From assembly GCA_965601925.1 (NCBI GenBank), contig OZ271854.1, positions 960,001-1,024,000 of the forward strand: a DNA stretch of 64,000 nucleotides, in the 5' to 3' direction. The notes under the pieces are model-generated. The model ran no database searches, was not told the origin of the DNA, and was given only the letters and a program-made list of their open reading frames with translations. This document shows positions 9,415 through 19,194 of the stretch, piece after piece. How positions within the stretch are numbered: the first letter of the stretch is position 1; every line of letters begins with the position of its first letter. This DNA comes from Alkalispirochaeta sp. (lineage in GTDB: Bacteria > Spirochaetota > Spirochaetia > DSM-27196 > Alkalispirochaetaceae). A program made the translations under genes and the position numbers.

Positions 9415-10911
9415 TTAGGACGAAAGGCCGGTGTAGTGCCCAAGTCTTTCCACCGTCCGATGCATACGGTCGGCCGGAATCGCGGTGTAGCCGAGAACGA
9501 GTCCGGGTTTATCCCTCGGTTCGAGGTAAAACTGGGAGAGCGGCGTGGCGACGAGGTCACCCTTTGCAGCAGCGGCCGAGAGCGCGTTATCATCCGCCCC
9601 TCCGGGAAGCCATGCCGAGATGTGCATGCCGGATTCGGTAGGGCCGACTCGCAGCTTCTTCCCGAGAAGGTCGGTGACGGCTTCCAAAAAGGCGCGTCTG
9701 CGGCCGTCATAGAGCGTTCTCATACGCCTGATGTGGCGGGAAAAGTGGCCCTCGACGATAAAATCGGTCAAAACGGCCTGCTGGACCGGCGACACTCGGG
9801 AGTGGATCAATCGATATGCCCGGCTAAAGCTATCGACAAGCCGCCGTGGAACGACAAGGTAACCGAGTCGAATGCCGGGAAAAAGCACCTTGCTGAAGGT
9901 ACCTACATAGATGACCCGTCCACCAACGTCCAAGCCTTGAAGAGCCGCAACCGGACGTCCCTTGTACCGATATTCACAATCGTAGTCGTCTTCGAGTATC
10001 CACGCGCCGTATCGGTCCGCCCAATCCAGCAGTTCAAAGCGTCGCGTGACGCTCATTGTGGAACCCAGAGGGAACTGATGGGAGGGTGTGGTATACACCA
10101 TCTTCGCCTTCGGTGCCTTCTCCAATCCCAGCCGCACGCACAACCCTTCGGAATCTACGGGGACCGGCACCGCCGTACACTCCGATGCCGACAGAACGGC
10201 CCGTATCCCTCGATATCCCGGCTCTTCGATCCACGCCTGATCCCCGGAATCGAGAAGCAAGTTTACCGCCAAATAGATCGCCTGAACGGATCCACTGGTA
10301 ACGATGATCTGCTCCGTATCACAGTTTACTCCGCGGGCCGTCCGTAGATAGTTGCCTATCGCATCTCTCAGCGGTTCATAACCGGGGGTGTCAATGACGG
10401 TATCGAACAAGTCGAATTGGGAACGCTGATAGTGGCGCCCGGAAAGTCGTGACCACACGTCAAAGGGAAAATGGTCGAGGGCCGGTAGCCCAACCCGGAA
10501 GGCTATACGGCCGCTCCGCCGAAGGGGAACATCGATCTCCGTCATGAATCGAGCGCTGCGACGGGCAAGCGGTTCAAGGGTCTCTCGACCAAGGGAAGAG
10601 ACGGCGTTGCGCCTGGCTTCTAAAAGTTCGGAAGGAAGCTCTCCGGAGACAAAGGTCCCGGCCCCGACCTGCGCGGTGAGAAATCCTTCCGCCTCGAGTT
10701 GCTCGAAGGCGTACTTTATCGTATTGCGAGAAACCTTGAGCAAATCCGCCAGATCCCGGCTGGATGGTAATCGCGTCCCGGGCTTCAGTTGTCCCGCCAA
10801 AATATGGGATCTCAAATGCGAAGAGATCTGCTCCTGCAATGTGGTTGTACCACTCCGATCGAGACCCGCAATTGTCAGCAAGTATATCGTTTCGCCTGAG
10901 CTTTTCCCCAT
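9415..10911 (-). CDS. MocR/GabR family regulator (GntR wHTH + PLP aminotransferase-like domain)
   Basis: RLPSSRDLA...VSRNT HTH; TPSHQFPLG, EDDYD, GTFSK...RLGY. Confidence 0.92.
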   Translation of the reverse strand: MGKSSGETIYLLTIAGLDRSGTTTLQEQISSHLRSHILAGQLKPGTRLPSSRDLADLLKVSRNTIKYAFEQLEAEGFLTAQVGAGTFVSGELPSELLEARRNAVSSLGRETLEPLARRSARFMTEIDVPLRRSGRIAFRVGLPALDHFPFDVWSRLSGRHYQRSQFDLFDTVIDTPGYEPLRDAIGNYLRTARGVNCDTEQIIVTSGSVQAIYLAVNLLLDSGDQAWIEEPGYRGIRAVLSASECTAVPVPVDSEGLCVRLGLEKAPKAKMVYTTPSHQFPLGSTMSVTRRFELLDWADRYGAWILEDDYDCEYRYKGRPVAALQGLDVGGRVIYVGTFSKVLFPGIRLGYLVVPRRLVDSFSRAYRLIHSRVSPVQQAVLTDFIVEGHFSRHIRRMRTLYDGRRRAFLEAVTDLLGKKLRVGPTESGMHISAWLPGGADDNALSAAAAKGDLVATPLSQFYLEPRDKPGLVLGYTAIPADRMHRTVERLGHYTGLSS

Positions 10912-10957
10912 CCTTCGTTACCAGGATATGGGTAAAGGCGGGAAACGGCAAGGATAA

Positions 10958-10988
10958 TGGATCTCATCAATGAGCCGATATTGGATCT
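10958..10988 (+). promoter_or_regulatory. Putative MocR operator: TGGATCT-N17-TGGATCT
   Basis: TGGATCT at 10958-10964 and 10982-10988, between divergent mocR and aminotransferase. Confidence 0.65.
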
Positions 10989-11058
10989 TTCGAGAGTCCT
11001 ATTTTTCTACTACGCTCCAACTGTTCAGAGACGACATGTAGCCAATAAGGAGGGAGAG

Positions 11059-12309
11059 ATGGATAGACTCGCTATTGTAGGAGGCACCCCGATTCGGAGA
11101 GAACCTTACCCTTCATGGCCTGTTCATGATGAGCGCGACATTGAAGCGGTCGCATCGGTTGTCCGCTCCGGCAGATGGGGTGGATATCCCTACCCGGGAA
11201 GTGAGACCAAGCGATTCGGTGAGCGCTTCGCGGAAACACAGGGTGGAGGACACCCGGTCCTGATGGCTAACGGGTCGGTCACCTTGGAAGTGGCGTTACG
11301 TGCGGCCGATATCGGCTGGGGCGATGAGGTCATTGTCCCCGCCTATACCTTTCAAGCAACCGCATATGCGCCGGTAGTCGCCGGGGCGGTTCCGGTTCTC
11401 GTTGACGTAGATCCGGAGAGCTACTGTATAGATCCGGACAAGATCGAGGCCGCCGTCACGGAAAAAACGAAGGCGATTATCGTTGTGCACCTCGGTGCTC
11501 AGATGGCGGATATGGATCGCATCATGCAGATCGCCGAACGTCGGCATTTGGTGGTCATTGAGGATGCCGCCCACGCTCACGGAGCGATGTGGGACGGAAG
11601 AGGGGCGGGAACAATAGGCGACTTCGGCTCATTCAGCTTTCAGTCATCAAAAATTCTTACGACGGGCGAGGGGGGACTGCTACTCTGCCGGACCGCTGAA
11701 AGTGCCGCAAGGGCTGCGGCCATAATCAATTGCGGTCGGCCGATGGATCACCATGAGCCGGTTTCCGTATTCGGCGTAAACTATCGCATGACGGAGCTTC
11801 AAGCCGCCCTCGGAAACGTAGCACTTGAGCGCTTTCTTGACCAAATCGCCGCACGCGAGGAGGCGGCCGCCTACTTTGAAGAAGTTATTGCCGGGATTCC
11901 GGGTATCGCACTCCTACGCCGCGAGGCGAGGATTACTCGGCGTTCGTTTTACCGGTTCGTGATTAAAATGGATCCGGTGGTCGTTGGGGCAACGCGCGAC
12001 CGTGTCTGCGCAGCTTTAAACGCCGAGGGTGTTCCGTGTCAGTCCGGCTGGGCCCCTCCGATGCATCGCTACGATCTTTTTCAGCCGCAACTCTCTCGGC
12101 TACCGATTCCGGCTACGCTTCCCGAAAGATTCGATTTTCAATCGATGAGCTTTCCGGTCGCGGAGAAAGCTTCCTTGAGGGAGTCGCTATGGCTCAATGA
12201 GAGCATTTTCCGCGCCGGTCGTAAGGGAGTCGAAGACGCCAAGGACGGAATCGCAAAAGTCGTGGAGCACGTCGCAATCCTCGACAAGCGCGAGCGGCCC
12301 AAAGATTAA
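11059..12309 (+). CDS. DegT/DnrJ/EryC1/StrS aminotransferase
   Basis: GDEVIVPAYTF, EDAAHAHG, SFQSSKILTTGEGG (PLP lysine), NYRMTELQAA; SD AAGGAGG before ATG 11059. Confidence 0.9.
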   Translation: MDRLAIVGGTPIRREPYPSWPVHDERDIEAVASVVRSGRWGGYPYPGSETKRFGERFAETQGGGHPVLMANGSVTLEVALRAADIGWGDEVIVPAYTFQATAYAPVVAGAVPVLVDVDPESYCIDPDKIEAAVTEKTKAIIVVHLGAQMADMDRIMQIAERRHLVVIEDAAHAHGAMWDGRGAGTIGDFGSFSFQSSKILTTGEGGLLLCRTAESAARAAAIINCGRPMDHHEPVSVFGVNYRMTELQAALGNVALERFLDQIAAREEAAAYFEEVIAGIPGIALLRREARITRRSFYRFVIKMDPVVVGATRDRVCAALNAEGVPCQSGWAPPMHRYDLFQPQLSRLPIPATLPERFDFQSMSFPVAEKASLRESLWLNESIFRAGRKGVEDAKDGIAKVVEHVAILDKRERPKD

Positions 12310-12315
12310 GGCGGG

Positions 12316-13641
12316 GTGAAGAGCTCAATGGCTGTATTCGAAGCCGGTGCCGCCAAACGTCCTTTGCGCCCCAAGGTGGGCGCACCGCTTCTCGGCTACG
12401 GCACATACGAAAGAATATCGGAAGGAATCCATGATACGCCTCAAGTCCGAACAGTGGTGATGTGTGGTGCGAACACGCCGATCGTGATCTGTGCCTTAGA
12501 GGTGCTGTGGTTACGCAATCAAGAAATACGTCAAATTCGAAGCACCGTCGAGACGGAAACGGGCGTTCCATCCGGCAATGTCTTTATATGCGCGACTCAT
12601 ACTCACTCGGTACCGGCACCACACATGCACAACCATTGGGAAGAGGCGCTACCGCCGGTAGTCGCATCGACGGTGTCAGAGGCGCTGTCGAGAATGCGGC
12701 CTGCTCACATCGGCCACGGATACGGCTCTCTCTACGGCTACTCCATAAATCGTCGTCGACTGAACGATCCTATTGATCCGTCCGTCGCGGTCGTACGAAT
12801 CGATACCATAGACGGTACGCCGATCTGCGTGTTGGGCAACTTCGGATGTCATGCCGTGGTTCTTGGATACCGCAACACACTCATTTCGGCCGATTGGCCC
12901 GGATACTGCTCTTCTCAGCTGGAGGAGCGTTTTGGAGGGCACTTCGTGGCACTTTTGACTCAAGGAGGGGCCGCCGACATAAACCCAATAACTGAGACCG
13001 TAAGAATACGACTGCAGGCAGGGTATCCCGTAAAAGCCGGATATGATCTGTCAACAATGTATGGGCAGCATGTTGAAAATCTCGAGACTGCTGATTCTCG
13101 ATCATGGCGGCTTACCGATCGCGCTGCAGGTAGCTTCGACGAAGCGGATCACGTCGGAAGAGCTTTGAGCAATGAAGTATTGAAGGTATGGCAGGGAGTT
13201 TTACCCCGTCTCAGGGCTGCGCCACGGGTGGAGCGTGTTCTCGTAGACGGCCGCGCGGAGGCAAAATCGTCACCCCATGCCGATATCGCCGTCAGCCAAA
13301 ACACGTCACTCCCGGACATCAGGAACGAGATATCCCGAATGGAGATCATGCTCATCGCCATAGGAGACTTGGCTCTACTGGGGCATCCCGGCGAGAGCTT
13401 CAGCGAAACCGCCGTATTGGTTCGTAAACGCTTTCTAAGACGCGGCTATCGGACGGCGTTCCTGGTGACTTACGCGAACGGCTGTTTCGGATATCTCCCT
13501 CCCTCAGAAGCGTTTGCCGAGGGCGGTTATGAAGTAGCCTGGGCCGAAACCGTCGAACTGCCTATCTCGATTCAGAATAGAATGTGGGAAGCGACGGAGC
13601 TCCTCCTCACGCAAAACTCTAAGTTCTTTGGGCCAACGTGA
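12316..13641 (+). CDS. Neutral/alkaline ceramidase N-terminal domain-like amidohydrolase
   Basis: ATHTHS, NFGCHAV, ISADWPG, QGGAADINP, PGE, YANG..GYLP...GGYE. Confidence 0.75.
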   Translation: MKSSMAVFEAGAAKRPLRPKVGAPLLGYGTYERISEGIHDTPQVRTVVMCGANTPIVICALEVLWLRNQEIRQIRSTVETETGVPSGNVFICATHTHSVPAPHMHNHWEEALPPVVASTVSEALSRMRPAHIGHGYGSLYGYSINRRRLNDPIDPSVAVVRIDTIDGTPICVLGNFGCHAVVLGYRNTLISADWPGYCSSQLEERFGGHFVALLTQGGAADINPITETVRIRLQAGYPVKAGYDLSTMYGQHVENLETADSRSWRLTDRAAGSFDEADHVGRALSNEVLKVWQGVLPRLRAAPRVERVLVDGRAEAKSSPHADIAVSQNTSLPDIRNEISRMEIMLIAIGDLALLGHPGESFSETAVLVRKRFLRRGYRTAFLVTYANGCFGYLPPSEAFAEGGYEVAWAETVELPISIQNRMWEATELLLTQNSKFFGPT

Positions 13642-13684
13642 CCATGGTGCTCTTAGAAGATCAACGGAATCGTCGACGAATACT

Positions 13685-13717
13685 GAACGCCCTACCCCAA
13701 AACCGGAGTGATGCCGT
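13685..13717 (+). repeat. 33-bp direct repeat, right boundary of islet
   Basis: Identical to 6554-6586. Confidence 0.9.
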
Positions 13718-13772
13718 CTCTTCGACCGTGATGGCAAATGTCGGGACAACGGACGTACGAGCGGCCGCCCGG

Positions 13773-14660
13773 TCAGCTCGACTCAACCTCTCGCACCAGC
13801 CGCATCTGAGCGCCGATTACCGAAAACGAAATGAGACATCCTCCTATAACCGTGTTCCAGTGAAGCGGCTCACCGAGAACGAGCGTTCCCAGTGCCACGG
13901 CAACGAGTACCTCGAAGTAGGCGAGAATTGCGGCCGAGGCGGCGTTCAAACGGTGGAGTCCGATGAAGAAGAGGGTAAATCCGCCGAGTCCCACGACAAG
14001 CCCCATAGAGACGCCGATCGCGATCTGTCGGGTCGTCACGTCGCGGTCACCTGCAAAGAAGATCACGGCAAAGACGATCGCACCGACGAGGTTTTGGAAG
14101 AAGGTCGTCTCGAAGCGGCTGTTCCCGGCCTCCGCGCGCTTGAGAAGTACCATCACCACGGCGTGAAGCATCGCGGAGAAGATCATGGAGGAGACTCCAA
14201 TCGCTTCGTACTCGCTGAGTACGGCGGATCCGGCGGCGACACCCCGGACGTAGAGAAGCGGTATCCCGGCAAACGCGATACAGAGCAGACTTGCACGACG
14301 ACGCCCGATGCGTTCTCCGAGAATGAGCTTTGCGAAGAGCGCCGCAAAAATAGGCCACGAGTACAGCGCGACGGTGGCGTTGGCTACCGTCGTATACTCG
14401 AAGGCGAGAAAAAAGAAATACATGCGCACCGCGTTTAATCCCGATGCGACGAGGCGTGTCCCGAGATTTCGCCGCGATATCCTATGACGACGAAGGACGA
14501 ACCACCCGCCGAGGGCGACGGTCGGGACGACTAAACGAAAGAAGGCGATCGCCGTCGTGGGAAGCGCGGCGGCACGAATGAACAGCCCCCCGGTTCCCCA
14601 CGTGGCCGCAGCCAGGAGGACCAATGCGCCGGCGGACGCCGATCGACGATTCGCGATCAT
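13773..14660 (-). CDS. EamA/DMT family transporter
   Basis: About 10 hydrophobic segments in two repeats; AATWGTGG, VLGEPL...GG. Confidence 0.85.
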   Translation of the reverse strand: MIANRRSASAGALVLLAAATWGTGGLFIRAAALPTTAIAFFRLVVPTVALGGWFVLRRHRISRRNLGTRLVASGLNAVRMYFFFLAFEYTTVANATVALYSWPIFAALFAKLILGERIGRRRASLLCIAFAGIPLLYVRGVAAGSAVLSEYEAIGVSSMIFSAMLHAVVMVLLKRAEAGNSRFETTFFQNLVGAIVFAVIFFAGDRDVTTRQIAIGVSMGLVVGLGGFTLFFIGLHRLNAASAAILAYFEVLVAVALGTLVLGEPLHWNTVIGGCLISFSVIGAQMRLVREVESS

Positions 14661-14718
14661 AAAACACGGCGGGTTCGACGGTGTGGTGACACCGGAGCGA
14701 GAACGAGGGGCGCGCCCA

Positions 14719-15579
14719 TCAGCCGACGCCGGCCATCTCCTTAAGCATCCGAATCTCCTCAGGCCACCGCTCGACGTCCGGCGTCTCCAAGATCATCGGT
14801 TTGCCGTCCAATCGTGAGTCCGCCATGATCGCCCGGAACCCTTCGATACCGATCATTCCCTCGCCGATCGGTTTGTGGCGATCCTTACGGCTCCCGAGGT
14901 CACCGGTGGAGTCGTTAAGATGCAACGCCACCAGTCGATCGATTCCGACGATTCGTTCCACCTCCTGCATCAAGCCGTCCCATCCCTCGGCGGAGCGAAT
15001 GTCGTACCCCGCCGCGAAAGCGTGGCACGTGTCGATGCAGATCGCGAGGCGCTCGCTCTTCGCGGAGTACTCGATAATGCGGGCGAGCTGCTCGATCCGC
15101 TCCCCCATCGATGAACCCTGACCGGCGGTATTCTCCAAGACGAGTACTCCGCCGTCGACTTTATCCAGAACGCGGTCGACGCCGTCGGCAATTCGTCGGA
15201 GCGTCGCGTCTTCATCCAACTCACCTTTGGAGGTGCCGGGATGGAAATTGAGCCATCGAAGCCCCAACTGCACCGTCCTAGAAAGCTCGTCGGCCAACGC
15301 CTCGATCGACTTCTCACGAGTCTCGTCGCCGGGACTACCCAAGTTAACGAGATAGCTCGCATGAGGCATGGCGTGGTCCGCGTTATACCCCTCATCGTTC
15401 ATCGCAGCGTGAAACGCCTCGATGGTCGCCGCCTCGTACGGCTTCGCCTTCCACTGTCGCTGATTACGCGTGAAGAGCGAGAATGCCGTTGCACCGATCG
15501 CTTTGGCGTTCCGCGGTGCGTTGTCCACTCCGCCTGCGGCGCTTACGTGAGCGCCGACGTAGATCGTTCTGGTATTCAC
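14719..15579 (-). CDS. nfo: Endonuclease IV
   Basis: GAHVSAAGG, HASYLVNLGS, ENTAGQG, DTCH, HLNDS...DRH, ILETP; probable GTG start 15579. Confidence 0.93.
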   Translation of the reverse strand: MNTRTIYVGAHVSAAGGVDNAPRNAKAIGATAFSLFTRNQRQWKAKPYEAATIEAFHAAMNDEGYNADHAMPHASYLVNLGSPGDETREKSIEALADELSRTVQLGLRWLNFHPGTSKGELDEDATLRRIADGVDRVLDKVDGGVLVLENTAGQGSSMGERIEQLARIIEYSAKSERLAICIDTCHAFAAGYDIRSAEGWDGLMQEVERIVGIDRLVALHLNDSTGDLGSRKDRHKPIGEGMIGIEGFRAIMADSRLDGKPMILETPDVERWPEEIRMLKEMAGVG

Positions 15580-15717
15580 ATCGGCTATTGTGGGCCAGGC
15601 GAGCCCGGAAGGCAAGGACCAAGTGCGGCGGCGGCGCGACTATCATTCCGATTGGCGAAAAAAAAACCGATCCGCCGCGTATCGATACCGTCGCCGCGCC
15701 CGATCTCCGTTCAATCG

Positions 15718-18700
15718 CTACAGGGAGACGGTAGCGAGCTCATCCAGGGTTACTCTCCGAGCCCGCTCTCGGACGCGCGCCGTCTGTGCCGCCGACATCT
15801 CGCCCTCGGCCCGCTCGATAAGTTTCGCGACTTCAACCTTCGTAATAAAAAGGCCCGCGGGGTGGTCGAGGACGACGTAGGCGCGGAGAAGAGCGCCGGC
15901 GATGTCCCCATCGTACTGGAACTCCGCTTTCAACGCCGCTCCTTGTAATACCGTGTACGGCAGTCCGCCGCGACGAGTGACGAGGTCGTCGAACGCGCGA
16001 ATGCAGGCGCGAATTTCGGTCTCGTCTCCCCGCGCAAGGGCCGAGCGGGCCAAGACGTAGGCGGCCTCAATCCGCCATTCGAGGTTCCTCGACGCGGTGA
16101 AATGTTCGTCCGCTCGCCTCGCGAGCTCCATCGCGGCGGCGGAGTCTCCGGAGACGAGGGCAAAGCGTCCCTGGCCGAGAAGTAGTCGTCCTCGTATCAT
16201 GGGAGACTCCACCGACGTGATATACTCCTCCGCAGCCGAAAGGTGTCGGGCCGCCGAGGTGAGATTGTCTTGGTCCGTTTCGAGATCGGCCAGCCGTACG
16301 GCGATCCACACGGCGTCACCGAAGTTTCCGAGCGCCGTCTCCATCTTCAGGCTCTCGGTGAGGAGAGCGGCGGCTTTGCCGTAGTCTCCGAGGACGTACA
16401 TAATCGTCCCGAGACGTCCGGTATCCCACGCGAGGCTGTCTCGGTCGCCGACACGGCGCCGGTTTTCCAACGCTTCCTCGTAGAGCGCGCGTGCCCGTCC
16501 GTAATCGCCTACGGCAAACGCGACCTCGCCGATCGCCTTGACCGCGTATCCTTCGCCCCATACGTCGCCGATGGCCCGACTCAACACCAAACTCTCCCGA
16601 TAGTGCCGCTCGGCCTCTTCGGACAAGAACTCACTGCGCGCCAAATCCCCCCGTATATGGGCCGTAAAGGATCGGGCAAAATCGTCGCCGCCGTCGAGGA
16701 GCGCCGCCTCGGCCCTCCCCAACCAATAGGCCCCTCGGGAGTGGCTTGGTTCACTCCAGATACCGAGGCCGGCGGCCATGGCAAAGTAGAATCCGGCGTC
16801 CGGGGTGTTCAACTCTTCCAAAAGCGGCTCCGCTTCGCCGAAGTATCGCCGTGCCGAGGCTTTGTGATTCAACTTGTGACTCATGTAGGCCACAAAGAGA
16901 AGTATTCTGGCGACGAGAGCGCCGTTCCGATCGGATTGCACGGACACCGATGCGAGCGTCTCGTACGTGGAAAGAAAGAGCTCCTTGGCGCCCAAAATGC
17001 GACCCCGCAGCTTGTGAAACAGCACCATTCCGGGCAGGAGGCGTTCGATTGTCTCAAACTCGCGCGTCGTGAGAGACAACTCCCACGCGGCGAGAATATG
17101 GTCGAGCTCTCGATCGATCTCTCGCACCGCCTCAGCCTGACCGAACCCGCTCAGTGAGGTCGTACGCTGAGCGACGAAGAGTGCATAGTACTCGCCGTAG
17201 CGCCTCCGTAGAGCGTGATACCGCTCCGGATACGCCTGAAACTTCTCGCGGGTAAACCGAATTAGAAGGGGGTGGAGATGGAGAGAACCGGTTTCACCTT
17301 TGGTAACGAGAGATTGCGCCGCCAGTCGGAGCAGTGGTTGCGACGACGTGCCGAGCACCGTACGGGCGGTCTCCATGTCGACGTCGCCGGCAAAGAGGGT
17401 CAGCACAAAGAGCGCATCGCGCTCCTCGTCGGAGAGCGCCTGCCACGCCGGCTCGAAGACGGCGCGAATACTCCGATGCCGTCGCGGACGCGCCGCACTC
17501 TCGCTCGTCAAAATATCGAGCCCCCGTTCCAACTCCGCGGCGAGCTCCCGACACGACATCGTTCGAACCAACGGCGCGGCGAGCTCGATCCCGAGAGGAA
17601 GTCCTCCCAATATCGTGAGCACCCGCCGGAGCGCCTCGCGTTGGTCGTCCCGTATTGCGAAGTCCGCACGGGCTCGACGGGCACACCGCACGAACAACTC
17701 CACCGACGGACACCGGTCAAACTCGTCGATGACCGTCGATTCCGGTACGGCCAGCGCTCGGAGATCGTATACGCACTCTCCCGGAAGCTCTAAGGGTTCC
17801 CGAGCGGTGACGAGGATACCGAGTCCCGGCGACAGCGCCGCATCCAATAAGAACTCATCTACTCCGTGGCCGAGTCCTCCGATTCCGTCCAGAACCAACA
17901 ACGCGCGCTTTCCCTTCAAAAAGCCGATGAGTTGCATCCGTGGGTCCGAACGCTTGTCCGTTACGAGTCCGAGTTCAAAGATGAGCGTGGCGTAGAACCG
18001 CTCGGGCGATGTAACGTGCTCCAAAGATATGAAGTACGCACCGTCACGGAGCGATTCCGGACGGCGGGTGTGCAGCTCAAAGGCGAGACGACTTTTGCCG
18101 ATACCTCCGGGGCCGGATAGGGTAACGACGCCGCACTCTCCCGCGTCGAGTCGGTCGATGAGCTCCCGAACTTCCCGGTCACGTCCCACCAACGGCGCGG
18201 CCCGCAATGCGCCGATCGACTCCGCGTCGGTCTCTCGGGCAAGGGGCGTCACGGAGAAGCCGGTTGTTGGTGGGGCGACATCACCGGCCACGATACGTTC
18301 GAAGAGAAGCGTCGTCTCCGCTTCCGGCTCCACGCCGATCTCCTCCTCAAGAAGGCCGCGGCACACCTCGTACTGTCGGACCGCCGCGCTACGGCGTCCC
18401 GCCGATGCGTACAGATACATCAGTTCGCGGTGAGCCGACTCATCGAGGTGATCGACCGCCAAGAGCCGGTTTCCGTAATGCAGAGCCTCATCAATCTCGT
18501 CACCCTCCACACAGAGGCGGATTAATGAGGACAGTGACTTGGCCAGCGCGCGACGCAGATCATCTCGTTGGAAAAAACGCCACTGCTCAAACTCGGGACT
18601 GACCTCGTCCGCAAAATCCGAGAGAAAATCGTCGCGATACAGCGCTACGAGGCGCGACAACTCCGTCTTCAACTCCTGCGGGGGTCGCGACGCATCTCCG

Positions 18701-19044
18701 TCGGAGAGTTCTCGAAGGCGTCGGCGAAACGTACGGGCGTCGCACCAGACCTCGTCGGCGAGAGCGAGGCTGTCGCCCTGCGTGTCGATCCATCGTGGTG
18801 TCGCCGCCGTTCTGATCGACCATAGAGTGCGCCGGAGATTTGCAAAAGCGCGCGTCTGCGTGTAGTCCGACCAAATGATCCCCGAGACCCGCTCCCGTGA
18901 GTGTCTCCCCGGGGAGAGCGCAAGATAGGCGAGTACCGCCGTTGCTTTGGAAGTATCGAAGTGAATCGGACGCTCGGCCTCAAAGAACTCCGGGGCACCG
19001 AGAAGATAGATCGACGATGGGGATGTAGAGCATCGCGTCACCAC
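15718..19044 (-). CDS. SARP/AfsR-type regulator: wHTH + BTAD + STAND ATPase + TPR repeats
   Basis: LAYLAL...SRERV HTH, LYRDDFL, ESAHRELMYLYA...EEIGVEP BTAD, Walker A GPGGIGKS, GLPLGIELAA, C-terminal TPR-like repeats. Confidence 0.88.
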   Translation of the reverse strand: MVTRCSTSPSSIYLLGAPEFFEAERPIHFDTSKATAVLAYLALSPGRHSRERVSGIIWSDYTQTRAFANLRRTLWSIRTAATPRWIDTQGDSLALADEVWCDARTFRRRLRELSDGDASRPPQELKTELSRLVALYRDDFLSDFADEVSPEFEQWRFFQRDDLRRALAKSLSSLIRLCVEGDEIDEALHYGNRLLAVDHLDESAHRELMYLYASAGRRSAAVRQYEVCRGLLEEEIGVEPEAETTLLFERIVAGDVAPPTTGFSVTPLARETDAESIGALRAAPLVGRDREVRELIDRLDAGECGVVTLSGPGGIGKSRLAFELHTRRPESLRDGAYFISLEHVTSPERFYATLIFELGLVTDKRSDPRMQLIGFLKGKRALLVLDGIGGLGHGVDEFLLDAALSPGLGILVTAREPLELPGECVYDLRALAVPESTVIDEFDRCPSVELFVRCARRARADFAIRDDQREALRRVLTILGGLPLGIELAAPLVRTMSCRELAAELERGLDILTSESAARPRRHRSIRAVFEPAWQALSDEERDALFVLTLFAGDVDMETARTVLGTSSQPLLRLAAQSLVTKGETGSLHLHPLLIRFTREKFQAYPERYHALRRRYGEYYALFVAQRTTSLSGFGQAEAVREIDRELDHILAAWELSLTTREFETIERLLPGMVLFHKLRGRILGAKELFLSTYETLASVSVQSDRNGALVARILLFVAYMSHKLNHKASARRYFGEAEPLLEELNTPDAGFYFAMAAGLGIWSEPSHSRGAYWLGRAEAALLDGGDDFARSFTAHIRGDLARSEFLSEEAERHYRESLVLSRAIGDVWGEGYAVKAIGEVAFAVGDYGRARALYEEALENRRRVGDRDSLAWDTGRLGTIMYVLGDYGKAAALLTESLKMETALGNFGDAVWIAVRLADLETDQDNLTSAARHLSAAEEYITSVESPMIRGRLLLGQGRFALVSGDSAAAMELARRADEHFTASRNLEWRIEAAYVLARSALARGDETEIRACIRAFDDLVTRRGGLPYTVLQGAALKAEFQYDGDIAGALLRAYVVLDHPAGLFITKVEVAKLIERAEGEMSAAQTARVRERARRVTLDELATVSL

Positions 19045-19104
19045 GGCACCAGTGTACTACAACGACGCACCGGTAACGGAGTGTCATTCTCAAAAAAAAG
19101 CGCG

Positions 19105-19145
19105 CGTAGCGCCCCTCGTAACGTCTTCGTAACGCTCCCGTATCG
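19105..19145 (+). promoter_or_regulatory. Tandem CGTAnCG heptamers (putative SARP binding site)
   Basis: CGTAGCG 19105, CGTAACG 19117, CGTAACG 19128, CGTATCG 19139 (periods 12, 11, 11). Confidence 0.6.
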
Positions 19146-19194
19146 CCGACGCCGCTACGTTACGGCACGAGACGAATCGAAACGGGGGAAGACT

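Larger units (their letters stand above)
6554..13717. mobile_element. Putative 7.1-kb genomic islet bounded by 33-bp direct repeats (no integrase)
   Basis: Perfect direct repeats 7131 bp apart; interior looks less GC-rich by eye; self-contained regulated module. Confidence 0.6.

Noticed and set aside
15718..19044. STAND ATPase-TPR protein as an Avs-type antiphage system
   Set aside because: The N-terminus is a SARP wHTH-BTAD transcription module, not a nuclease or other effector; no defence-gene context.
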